Below are positions 45,838-54,663 of a DNA stretch of 64,000 nt, piece by piece (positions within the stretch are counted from its first letter, which is position 1; each line of letters starts with the position of its first letter). Made by a program: the position numbers and the translations under genes. A model generated the notes under the pieces. That model saw only the letters and a program-made list of their open reading frames with translations. It ran no database searches and was not told the DNA's origin. The stretch comes from Saprospiraceae bacterium. Its GTDB lineage: Bacteria > Bacteroidota > Bacteroidia > Chitinophagales > Saprospiraceae. The DNA is taken from contig JBELML010000010.1 of assembly GCA_042095835.1 (NCBI GenBank), positions 21,186 to 85,185 of the forward strand, given 5' to 3'.

Positions 45838-46572
45838 TCAGAAAATGAGGTCTTTCACTTTATCCATATATCCACGACTTACTCGGACTACGTCCCCATT
45901 TTGCATCACCAGATCATAGCTTCCTGTATACTTATCTAAGCTTCGAATAGCGTTGATATTGACCATTGCAGAGCGGTGGACCCTTAAAAACAGAGACGGA
46001 TTAAGCTTTTCCTCCAATTTGGAGATTCCATAATTACTGAGATAATTATGCTGCGGGGTCACCAGTACAGAATAGTCTCCATCTGCTTCGACTCTGATGA
46101 TATCACTCACGGCTATCGTCACCAACTTTTTCCCATTCTGGACTAGAATTCGCTCGGGATAAGTCTGCTTTTCCATAATGATAGCCTCAGCTAGTGGGCT
46201 TACCTTGGCGATGGCATTATTCTGATCTAGGCGTTCTACAGCAGCTTTAAACCGCTCTTTCGTATACGGTTTCAGTAAATAGTCGACCGCATGCACCTCG
46301 AATGCTTTCAAGGCGTATTGGTCGTATGCGGTAGAAAAGATAATGTTCGGAATTTCTTCCAGATGAGCTAATACCTCAAAACCCGTTAAGCCAGGCATTT
46401 GTATGTCTAGAAATATCAAATCAGGTTTGAATTCATTGATAACCTTTATGGCATCTACTCCATTATTCGCTTCTCCTACTACAATCAAGTCTGGAAAAGC
46501 TTGTAAATATTCTTTAATTAATTTCCTACCTGATGTTTCGTCATCGACGATGACCACTTTCTTCATCTTCAA
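45838..46572 (-). CDS. LytTR-family response regulator
   Basis: Receiver domain (DLIFLDIQMPGLTG, LLKPY) plus a LytTR domain (FLRVHRSAMVNINAI). Confidence 0.85.
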   Translation of the reverse strand: MKMKKVVIVDDETSGRKLIKEYLQAFPDLIVVGEANNGVDAIKVINEFKPDLIFLDIQMPGLTGFEVLAHLEEIPNIIFSTAYDQYALKAFEVHAVDYLLKPYTKERFKAAVERLDQNNAIAKVSPLAEAIIMEKQTYPERILVQNGKKLVTIAVSDIIRVEADGDYSVLVTPQHNYLSNYGISKLEEKLNPSLFLRVHRSAMVNINAIRSLDKYTGSYDLVMQNGDVVRVSRGYMDKVKDLIF

Positions 46573-46593
46573 AGTTTATTTGGAGTAAAATCC

Positions 46594-47670
46594 TCAAATT
46601 GCAAACTGAATCTTCAATCCCCGCGGTTGATTATCACTGATTACCATTTCACTATCATATTGCTTCTCTAGACGCAACTTGGTATTGGTCAAGCCTACAC
46701 CTTCTTTGAAGAGTACGCTTTTGTCTTGTACACCAGTTCCGGTATCGGAGACCTCGAAATGTATCTTTTCGCCCTTTTTTTCTGCTTTAATATACACTTC
46801 ACCTCCTTCAATCAAGGAAGAAATGCCATGCTTGACCGAGTTCTCTACTAGAGGCTGTAAAATCATAGGTGGTATCAATGCATTCTCTAGGATTTGTGGA
46901 ATATCAATTCGCACCTGCAAGCGCTCCTCAAAGCGGGCTTTTTCCAGAGACAGGTATTTCTTTATAAAATCAATTTCCTCCTGTAAGGGCACTAGATCAG
47001 AACGGCTAGCTTTTAATTGATACCGAAATAAATCAGAAAGAGTAGCAATCATCTCGCGGGTCTGTTCTTGCTCAGGAGGTAGAGAAGCACTAATCGTGTT
47101 GAAGGTATTGTATAAAAAGTGAGGATTGAGTTGAGCTTTTAGAGCTGACAATTCACTTTTAAGTGCGGCCTCGGTTAACTGTGCTTTCAATTTGAGGTTG
47201 CGTTGATTATTATGATAATGCTCATAGGCATGAAAAACCCCAAATTGTAATAAATAAAACAAAGCAGGTATGAAAATATCCCAAATGGAGGAAGAACCAC
47301 TCAAATGCCCCCAATCCAACCAGTCTGAGATCTGATAGTAAATACGCTGACCTACAATCACAAAAAAAGGTCCAGTCACCACATGAATCAGCAACCTATA
47401 TTTCAACGGCCAGTGCCCAAACTTTCTAAAAATTAGCCACCATATGATAATAGTGAGCAACAGCATAACAATGTAATGCAGTCCAGAATATTCCAGGAAA
47501 ACCGCAGGTGTATAAAGATCACTAAGAGGAGGTTGATAATTTTGGGAAAAACTATTGATCCAAATACTCAAAGCATAGGAATAGGCAATGAAGAAATAAA
47601 AACCCAAAACGAGTAAATATTCCTGTAGCTGAATGCCTAAAAACCGGTATTGTAATAAAGAGGAGTGCAT
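46594..47670 (-). CDS. LytS-type sensor histidine kinase (His_kinase/PF06580 type)
   Basis: Multi-TM N-terminus, the QLNPHFLYNTFNTI box, and an ATPase domain (VENSVKHG, DTGTG). Confidence 0.85.
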   Translation of the reverse strand: MHSSLLQYRFLGIQLQEYLLVLGFYFFIAYSYALSIWINSFSQNYQPPLSDLYTPAVFLEYSGLHYIVMLLLTIIIWWLIFRKFGHWPLKYRLLIHVVTGPFFVIVGQRIYYQISDWLDWGHLSGSSSIWDIFIPALFYLLQFGVFHAYEHYHNNQRNLKLKAQLTEAALKSELSALKAQLNPHFLYNTFNTISASLPPEQEQTREMIATLSDLFRYQLKASRSDLVPLQEEIDFIKKYLSLEKARFEERLQVRIDIPQILENALIPPMILQPLVENSVKHGISSLIEGGEVYIKAEKKGEKIHFEVSDTGTGVQDKSVLFKEGVGLTNTKLRLEKQYDSEMVISDNQPRGLKIQFAI

Positions 47671-47868
47671 AGTAATTGGTGTATCTCCCTACAAATAAAG
47701 CAGGATTAGCTCCTAAAATACAGTTATTTCCGTCGAATCGACAAATAAGCCGATGAATGAAGCGTCCTGCTACTCATCGATCTATTTGGTCACTCAACGG
47801 ATAACACTTTTATATAAAGGCGTACTAGTGCAATTTTGAAGCATCAAGAAACAAATCACCCAAAGTTT

Positions 47869-50289
47869 ATGAAAAGCGTTATTTACAAAATCACCCTACT
47901 GTTTTTATTAACAGGTCTTAGCTTACAAATCAAGGCTCAATCAGGCAGAATTCAAGGTCAATTGACTAGTGCAGAAGGACCACTCGCCTACGCCAATTTG
48001 CTCCTCAATCTGACGAAAGACTCCTCTATGGTCAAAGCGGCTATCACCGATGAGCAAGGCCAATTTGTTTTCCCAGGCCTTGCAGCTGGCGACTACTTCA
48101 TCGAGGCCTCTTACGTAGGTCTACAGACTTACCAATCTCAAAAGATACTAGTAGAAAGTCGTACCATTAATCTTCCTCCTATTATTCTTGAGCCCAATAC
48201 TGCCGAAATCGATGCGGTAGAAGTAACGGCTAAAAGACCGATGATCGAGGCTTTAGCTGACAAGACCGTTTTCAATATAGAAAACACCCTCAACTCTACT
48301 GGTACCGATGGCTTCGAGTTGCTACGCAAGGCGCCAGGTGTAGTAGTCGACAACAATAATAACATTATTGTAGATGGGAAAACCGGCGTACAAATTTTCA
48401 TTAATGGCAAGCCTTCTATTTTGGCGGGAGATGACCTAGTCGCTTACTTACAGACGCTGCAAGCCTCTGATATCTCCGCCATTGAAATCATTACGCAGCC
48501 TTCCTCTAAATATGATGCTGCTGGAAATGCCGGCATTATCAATATTAAACTCAAAAAAGACAAGCGATTAGGGACCAATGGTAATCTAAGTGTCGGTTTT
48601 GCTCATGGTAGAAATAGTCGTTACAATAGCTCCCTTTCTCTGAACAATCGATCTAAGAAGACCAATATTTTTGGAACTTATAGCAATCGCTTTGGTGACT
48701 CCTGGGACTTTATCAATTTGAATCGATTCCAAAATGGTGTACAATACGATTCAAGAACAGAAGGTGTCAATTCTAATACAGCTCATAATGGCAAAATAGG
48801 CTTGGACTACTTTGCCAATGACAAGCATACTTTTGGTGTCTTATTTAATGGAAATTTCTTTGACCGAGAAAGAAATGAAGTCAATAGAACGCCTATTATT
48901 CCCTTGAACACAGGCGAATTGAGCCAAACGCTGATTGCCAACAACTATGATGTAAGTAATAATTATAATATCACTAGCAACTTCAACTATCGTTTCCAAG
49001 ATACGCTTGGTAATGAGGTGACCTTTGATATCGATTATGGCCAATATAGCCGCGATGCCAATAATTTTCAGCCCAACACTTATATTACAGGAGATGATGG
49101 CCCTACGATCTTCGAGAATAACTCTCGGATGATTACACCTACGAATATTGACATCTTTACGGTTAAACTGGATTATGCCTTAAATGCATTAGGTGGAAAA
49201 GCTACGGTCGGATTGAAATATTCAAGCGTTATCACTGACAATGATTTCCAATTTTTTGATGTATTTGATGAGATGGACTTTCTCAACGAAATGCGTAGTA
49301 ACCGATTTGAATATAACGAACAGATTAATGCAGCCTATGTAAACTATAATAAAAAATGGAATAAATGGAATCTTCAAGTCGGTCTAAGAGCAGAGCAAAC
49401 CGTTTCAGAAGGAGACCTGACCAGCGCGCAATCTACGACCCAAGACAATGTCAAGCGCAACTACCTAGACTGGTTTCCTAGTGGTGGCTTGACATTCGCA
49501 CCTAGTTATAAAAGCTCTTGGGCTTTGACTTACAGTCGTCGGATTCAAAGGCCCACTTACCAGTCCTTAAACCCTTTCGAGAGCCAACTCAATGAATTAA
49601 GCTTTTCTAGAGGAAATCCATTTTTACAACCTCAATACACCGACAATCTCAAACTTTCTCATACACATAAATACCGCCTCACTACTTCCATCAGCTATAG
49701 TTACATCAGCGACTTTTTCGCTAAGGTGACCGTACCTGAAGGAGAGACGCGCAATTATTTAATCACTAAAAATGTCGCTGACCAGGAGATCATTAATCTA
49801 GGGATAAGCTATCCTTTCGATGTTAATAAATGGTGGAGCGTGTACATGAGTGTCAATGCTTACCGAGCATCCTATATCGGTACCGATGAGAGTTTTGTTT
49901 CTGTCGATCAGAATACATTAAGCTTTTATGCCCAAAACTCTTTCAGCTTGCCAGCAGGACTCCGGTTTGAAGTGTCTGGTTGGTACAACTCGCCTTCGGT
50001 TTGGGGAGGGACTTACTTGACCAAGAGTATGGGTTCCTTGGACCTGGCGGTACAAAAGAAATTCCTAAATGATAAATTATCCTTGCGTATTTCGATGAGT
50101 GATGTCCTATTTACCTCTCCTTGGAAAGCTGATATGCGCTTTGGTGATCTGTACATCGATGGCAGCGGAGGCTGGGAAAGCCGCCAAGTGAGAGTCAACC
50201 TGAGCTATGCATTCGGCAATCAGAATGTAAAGAAATCGCGCAGTCGCAAAACGGGTCTCGAAGCGGAAGGTAATCGAGTTGGAAACTAG
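47869..50289 (+). CDS. Outer-membrane beta-barrel protein with a carboxypeptidase-regulatory-like N-domain (TonB-dependent-receptor-like)
   Basis: Signal peptide from the ATG at 47869, a CarbopepD_reg-like segment (GRIQGQLTSAEGPLAYANLLL), a plug-like segment (VEVTAKRPMIE...), and a long beta-strand-rich region ending in VRVNLSYAF. Confidence 0.8.
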   Translation: MKSVIYKITLLFLLTGLSLQIKAQSGRIQGQLTSAEGPLAYANLLLNLTKDSSMVKAAITDEQGQFVFPGLAAGDYFIEASYVGLQTYQSQKILVESRTINLPPIILEPNTAEIDAVEVTAKRPMIEALADKTVFNIENTLNSTGTDGFELLRKAPGVVVDNNNNIIVDGKTGVQIFINGKPSILAGDDLVAYLQTLQASDISAIEIITQPSSKYDAAGNAGIINIKLKKDKRLGTNGNLSVGFAHGRNSRYNSSLSLNNRSKKTNIFGTYSNRFGDSWDFINLNRFQNGVQYDSRTEGVNSNTAHNGKIGLDYFANDKHTFGVLFNGNFFDRERNEVNRTPIIPLNTGELSQTLIANNYDVSNNYNITSNFNYRFQDTLGNEVTFDIDYGQYSRDANNFQPNTYITGDDGPTIFENNSRMITPTNIDIFTVKLDYALNALGGKATVGLKYSSVITDNDFQFFDVFDEMDFLNEMRSNRFEYNEQINAAYVNYNKKWNKWNLQVGLRAEQTVSEGDLTSAQSTTQDNVKRNYLDWFPSGGLTFAPSYKSSWALTYSRRIQRPTYQSLNPFESQLNELSFSRGNPFLQPQYTDNLKLSHTHKYRLTTSISYSYISDFFAKVTVPEGETRNYLITKNVADQEIINLGISYPFDVNKWWSVYMSVNAYRASYIGTDESFVSVDQNTLSFYAQNSFSLPAGLRFEVSGWYNSPSVWGGTYLTKSMGSLDLAVQKKFLNDKLSLRISMSDVLFTSPWKADMRFGDLYIDGSGGWESRQVRVNLSYAFGNQNVKKSRSRKTGLEAEGNRVGN

Positions 50290-53200
50290 CGCAGCAAGGC
50301 AAAATCTCCAGATATCACTTCCCGCTGACCATTGGTAAACTCTACTTCAGCACTGAAGATGTAGGTGCCTGATTGTGCAAGTTGGCCTTGGTAAATACCA
50401 TTCCAACCATTGAGTTCATCGTTGGGCAAGAGTGTAGGACGTTCATAGATCAAAGTGCCCCAGCGGTTAAAGATGCGGAAACTATTGAATTGAGCAACGT
50501 TTGCTCCTCCAAATAAGGTAAAGGTGTCATTAAAGCCATCTTCGTTGGGTGAGAAGCCGGTGGGTGCGTAGTATCCCCGGTTTTCCTCAACGAAGACATT
50601 TATAAAATCTGTAGCCGTACAGCCATTAGCACTTTCCACGGTAATCCCATAGGTAGCACTAATCTCTGGAGTCACCCTCAATTCAAGATCATTAAGAAAG
50701 GTGCCAGATGCTGCATTAACCCAAGATATACTAGTTGGGGCGAAAGTGGTACTCGCAACAAGCACAATACTTTCTCCTTGTTTGATACTAGTATCGGGTC
50801 CAAAACTGACCGTTAGGGCCTCCTCACTTCCAAGTGTTATTCCTAAATCTGTAGTACAGTTATTGTCATCAATGACATTGAGGGTGTAGCTGCCTGGTGT
50901 TAAACTATTATCGGTTAATGGCAAGCTATTCACCGAATTGAAGGTGCCACCATCTATCGCATAGCGATATCCACCAACACCGCCGGTGATCTGTTCTATA
51001 ACCAATTCGCTAGCTTGACCAGAGCATGCTGTGGTATCCAAGTCTAATTGCACATTTACAGGGCTGGGCGCATCGATGGTAATAGAGGCATTTTGGGAAC
51101 AACCTGCAATATCCAGCACATCTAGTTCGTAGGTACCTGCCGTTAAACCACTTATCAGAGCCGTGGTATCTCCATTGCTCCAAATATAGGAATAAGGGCC
51201 TGTATTCCCTGTGACATTAGCCCTGAGAGCACCATCTGAAGCAATAGGGCAACTTACGCTAAAGCCATTGTAATCAACCGCTGGTTCTATATCAATTGTA
51301 TAATCACTTACTTCGACGGTAGCGATGCTTCCGGGCATATCTACACAGGTGGAGCCATCTGAGCGGACGCTCACCAAGGTGTAATTCGTAGTAGTGCTGG
51401 GGTTGATTGGAAATTGCGCGCCATCTTGCACACCACTCAAACTGAGGGTAGTACCATCATCTCCCAATAATTCAAGGGTATATCCAACGCCACTTCCTCC
51501 TGATAATTCAAAAGTCAGAAAGGCTTGATCACCAGGACAAATAGCGGCAGGAGCACTTAAGCTACCCGAGGCAGGGAGCTCAAAATTGAGGGTCACATTG
51601 ATGATACTATCACAACCATTAGCTGCACCGCCTGGAATAATTTCCTGCCCGCTTGGATTGAGTTCATCATATACTACGCCATTCACCAGGACACTGTCTC
51701 CCGTACAAAGTGTTTGTACCAGATCAGACTCTGCCGGTCCTCCATTATACACGACGACTGTATCATTCAATGGAATCGTACAACTAAAGTCTGCAATCGA
51801 TACAAACCGAATACTGACGGGCGTAGAGCCTAGCGGAAAGTCAGCTGGACAAATATCTATTGACTGGCTAGGTGTCAAAGAAATTAAAGTATCCAATTCG
51901 TTATCATCCTCAAAACTAAAGCCATATACTAGGAAAAAAGGTCTTTGGCCCGAGAAATTGACATCCATTGTAAAGCAGGTAGAGTCACATACATCTCCAT
52001 TAAAAGTAAAGGAAAAATCGGGTCTTGGATTGACAAACAGATCCACACCTACAGCCACTGAGGGGCAACCTTGATCTATAACTTGTGCAAACACACGGCT
52101 GCTATCAGCTGCCTCAAAACTACTAGGATCTGCGATCTGTTGTAGACTTCCATTATTGGTAAACCAAAGCACTGTACCACTATTAGGGCCTTTAATTAGC
52201 GTATCACCTGCTGTCAAGTCAAAGATACCGAGCCCATTAGTTTCTTCACAAGTACGCAATCGAGATAAAGAGTTGGCCGTAGGGAAAGGGGTAATCGAAG
52301 TCGTAAATCCGCCTTCAAAATTAGAAAACACTGGACAGGAATTAGCATCCGTCACGGAGACGATGTCAAAAACGGTGGTAGTATCTAATATCAAAGCCAA
52401 GGAATCGCCATTCAGCACATTAGCAGCGAGCATGGTATCACCATTGACGGTATATTCCACCATAAAAGGTCCACCAAAATCTGGTAAATTGAAGAAAAAG
52501 GTCTCCTCGATAATCCCACAACCATCACAGATACTACAGCTCAATGAAATGCCACTTGGAGAGATTGGAATACTTCCGAAAGGTGCTAAAAAAGTGGTGC
52601 AATCAGAGAATGATTGCCAATTAGCGGGGTTGGCTACCCGATCGATCCACTCCAATTGGGTTGCCGTTGTGAAGAGCCCATTATAACTCAGAAAGTCACT
52701 CGCAGCACCAGCAGGTGCCATATTAAAGCAATTCGCGATTTCGGGATGTAATCCCGAGTTCTGCGTATCGTCCAGAAAAGCATTCCATTGGGTAGTCGTA
52801 TTGAACCCGAATAAGACTCTTCCACCAGTATAGCTTGCATCTTGACTAAAGCCTCCCAGACCAACAGAGCTACCATCAAACCAAGTACCACCTTGCATAA
52901 AAAGGAGTTGATCGCCTCCGGCATTGAGGTTGACGACGTTGGCCAAAGTATTCAGAGGCGTAAAATCCCAATTAGAATCTGGAGCCGTACCGAAATAGTC
53001 TCCTCCAATTGCAGGTAATAAGATGCTAATAACTGTTCCTGCCGGAATAGTATTTCCTGTACGCGTCATCCGTACAATAGATTCTGAATTTCCAAAAGTA
53101 TTGGGGTTGAGTCGCTCCCAGCCATTATCAGTAATATCAATCGTAGTACCAGGTTCGATATCTTTGAAGCAGACAAAACTGATACGATCCTCTCCATTAC

Positions 53201-53357
53201 CGCCCATACAGGCCCCATTGTTAGTATTGACCCCTAATACAAGCAGGTCCCCAGGTTCGAGGACTGTTTGCCCGTTCAAGGAATTGGAAATAAAAAACAG
53301 CAATAGAATGGGAAGAAACCATAGAGTGCCATGCCCTGGCTGTAATCTTGCATTCAT
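50286..53357 (-). CDS. T9SS type-B-CTD surface protein with SprB-type repeats
   Basis: Signal peptide, an uncharacterised N-terminal region of about 270 aa, and SprB-type repeats (VSCPIASDGALRANVTGNTGPYSYIW, TACSGQASELVIEQITGGVGGYRYAIDGG). The C-terminal FSPNEDGFNDTF...IFNRWGTLIY...GTYIFS is a type-B CTD. Confidence 0.85.
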   Translation of the reverse strand: MNARLQPGHGTLWFLPILLLFFISNSLNGQTVLEPGDLLVLGVNTNNGACMGGNGEDRISFVCFKDIEPGTTIDITDNGWERLNPNTFGNSESIVRMTRTGNTIPAGTVISILLPAIGGDYFGTAPDSNWDFTPLNTLANVVNLNAGGDQLLFMQGGTWFDGSSVGLGGFSQDASYTGGRVLFGFNTTTQWNAFLDDTQNSGLHPEIANCFNMAPAGAASDFLSYNGLFTTATQLEWIDRVANPANWQSFSDCTTFLAPFGSIPISPSGISLSCSICDGCGIIEETFFFNLPDFGGPFMVEYTVNGDTMLAANVLNGDSLALILDTTTVFDIVSVTDANSCPVFSNFEGGFTTSITPFPTANSLSRLRTCEETNGLGIFDLTAGDTLIKGPNSGTVLWFTNNGSLQQIADPSSFEAADSSRVFAQVIDQGCPSVAVGVDLFVNPRPDFSFTFNGDVCDSTCFTMDVNFSGQRPFFLVYGFSFEDDNELDTLISLTPSQSIDICPADFPLGSTPVSIRFVSIADFSCTIPLNDTVVVYNGGPAESDLVQTLCTGDSVLVNGVVYDELNPSGQEIIPGGAANGCDSIINVTLNFELPASGSLSAPAAICPGDQAFLTFELSGGSGVGYTLELLGDDGTTLSLSGVQDGAQFPINPSTTTNYTLVSVRSDGSTCVDMPGSIATVEVSDYTIDIEPAVDYNGFSVSCPIASDGALRANVTGNTGPYSYIWSNGDTTALISGLTAGTYELDVLDIAGCSQNASITIDAPSPVNVQLDLDTTACSGQASELVIEQITGGVGGYRYAIDGGTFNSVNSLPLTDNSLTPGSYTLNVIDDNNCTTDLGITLGSEEALTVSFGPDTSIKQGESIVLVASTTFAPTSISWVNAASGTFLNDLELRVTPEISATYGITVESANGCTATDFINVFVEENRGYYAPTGFSPNEDGFNDTFTLFGGANVAQFNSFRIFNRWGTLIYERPTLLPNDELNGWNGIYQGQLAQSGTYIFSAEVEFTNGQREVISGDFALLR

Positions 53358-53498
53358 GGGAGTGAGTCCGTTTTTGGGTTAAACTGTATAGATCAGTTTT
53401 GCTTTCTATACACTTACTTCGTATAAGATATTAACGTCTAGCCTTCAGATAAAGTATATCTGAATAGGTCAACGAAACGCCACAAAAGTAGTAATTAT

Positions 53499-53996
53499 TT
53501 ATCCTTCTTGATCCAGAATCTCCCAAGTATGATCAGAAAGCATTTTGACCGAGCTAATAAAAGTATAAGGAGGATTTCCACCCCACTCCTTTGGGCCGAC
53601 CATAGACAAGACATATTTGCCGTTACTCCGTTCGTAAAGGTGGTAGTTAAAACCGATTAGAGGTTCAAAACCAATATCTGCTTGGTAGATTTTTTCTGAG
53701 ATAGCTACCCTGTCATAGATATTTTGGGCCTGTTTAGCCAAAAGCTCGATTTGCTTGCGCAATTGATCCAATTGCATATCAGTCTGCTCATACATAGCTG
53801 ATACCGCGCGGCCTTTCACCCGACCTTTGTCGATGGGTTTAATGACTACACCACCTACGGTATGCGCATAAGGTAGTAGATGAGGATTCTCCGCCACCTT
53901 ATCTTTATCAATTGGATTGAAACTTAGATGTTCTTGTTCTTGCTTTTCTTGCTGCTCGGTCATTCCTCTACGATTTGATTCCTTCAGATTTTTCAA
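53499..53996 (-). CDS. Conserved hypothetical protein (possibly DUF2452-like)
   Basis: 165-aa ORF with a clean ATG start and no TM or signal peptide. The DUF assignment is from memory of NPID...ENPHLLPYAH-type sequences and is tentative. Confidence 0.5.
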   Translation of the reverse strand: MKNLKESNRRGMTEQQEKQEQEHLSFNPIDKDKVAENPHLLPYAHTVGGVVIKPIDKGRVKGRAVSAMYEQTDMQLDQLRKQIELLAKQAQNIYDRVAISEKIYQADIGFEPLIGFNYHLYERSNGKYVLSMVGPKEWGGNPPYTFISSVKMLSDHTWEILDQEG

Positions 53997-54095
53997 TACA
54001 AAGATCAGGATTATTCACCTGATTTGCAATTCACTCTCATGGCAAACGGATAGCAGTGACTTTAGTTTAAGGCTTAGCTGGATTGATTGTAAAAT

Positions 54096-54310
54096 TTGTT
54101 TGGGTTTAGGGTTTAGGGGGGTATGAGTTTATAAGTTTACTAGGTTAGGAGGCATGCTGACAGAGGTGACGCTGGGAACCTTTCGTTAGTGGAGATTTAG
54201 GGGTTTAGGGAGGAAATAGGTTATGGGGTTATTTGTTTATAGGGTTAATGGGTTAAGAGGAATACTGACAAAGGGGAGGTTTAAGCGTTTAGTATGTTTT
54301 GGGGTTTTGG
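54096..54310 (+). repeat. C-poor G/T-rich degenerate short-repeat block containing one copy of a conserved 32-nt core
   Basis: Runs of GGTTTAGG, GTTTATAA and GGTTAtGG-like 7-8-mers. The core gaggtgacgctgggaacctttcgttagtggag (54164..54195) recurs twice downstream of bglX. Confidence 0.7.
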
Positions 54311-54554
54311 CAAAGCATCCCAACATCCCCTTACGCTCCGCCGGGATTAATTCGACCAACGCTGCTGAAGCATCGGGTCTCATTAACTTGACACCTGACA
54401 CCTGACACTTGGCACTTGACACTTGGCACTTGGCACCTGACAAAGCATCCCAACATCCCCTTACGCTCCGCCGGGATTAATTCGACCAACGCTGCTGAAG
54501 CATCGGGTCTCATTAACTTGACACCTGACACCTGACACTTGGCACTTGGCACAT
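54311..54554 (+). repeat. Perfect 130-bp tandem duplication ending in a heptad microsatellite (GACACCT/GACACTT/GGCACTT)n
   Basis: Unit 1 (54311..54440) and unit 2 (54441..~54554) are identical over the first 80 nt and the first four heptads. Unit 1 has 7 heptads and unit 2 has 5. Confidence 0.9.
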
Positions 54555-54663
54555 AACACAGTAGAGGTATACTGTAATTCATGAATTTCCTTAAGCTATT
54601 ATTTCAAAATATAGGGGAGACTGTCGTATCATTACGACATCAATTGAGAAACCATACAGCATC

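Noticed and set aside
45636-45848. 70-aa plus-strand ORF upstream of the YeeE pair
   Set aside because: It overlaps a probable terminator and the 3' end of the response-regulator gene, and it has no supporting features.
51586-52686. 162-aa and 176-aa plus-strand ORFs antisense to the 1023-aa type-B-CTD gene
   Set aside because: These are shadow ORFs within a well-supported minus-strand gene, with low-complexity translations.
54100-54215. TTTAGGG units (gggtttagggtttagggggg, ggggtttaggg), identical to the plant-type telomere repeat, and possible G-quadruplex formation
   Set aside because: There are only two or three consecutive units within a broader degenerate G/T-rich repeat. I could not find four G3 runs with proper loops in one place. 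A telomere-like function in a bacterial chromosome interior is not supported.
54330-54390. tRNA-like fragment: the reverse complement contains gttggtcgaattaatcccggc, faintly reminiscent of a T-arm
   Set aside because: There is no GTTCGAATC T-loop consensus, no acceptor or anticodon stems can be drawn, and the length and context are wrong.
54311-54554. Possibility that the tandem repeat is a mini CRISPR array
   Set aside because: There are only two units, they are directly adjacent with no unique spacers, the 130-nt unit length is far outside CRISPR repeat size, and there are no cas genes in the window.
54237-54582. 68-aa and 83-aa minus-strand ORFs (…SAKCQVSGVKLMRPDASAALVELIPAERKGMLGCF…)
   Set aside because: They are created by reading through the 130-bp tandem duplication and the heptad microsatellite. 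The repeated peptide segments simply mirror the DNA repeat.
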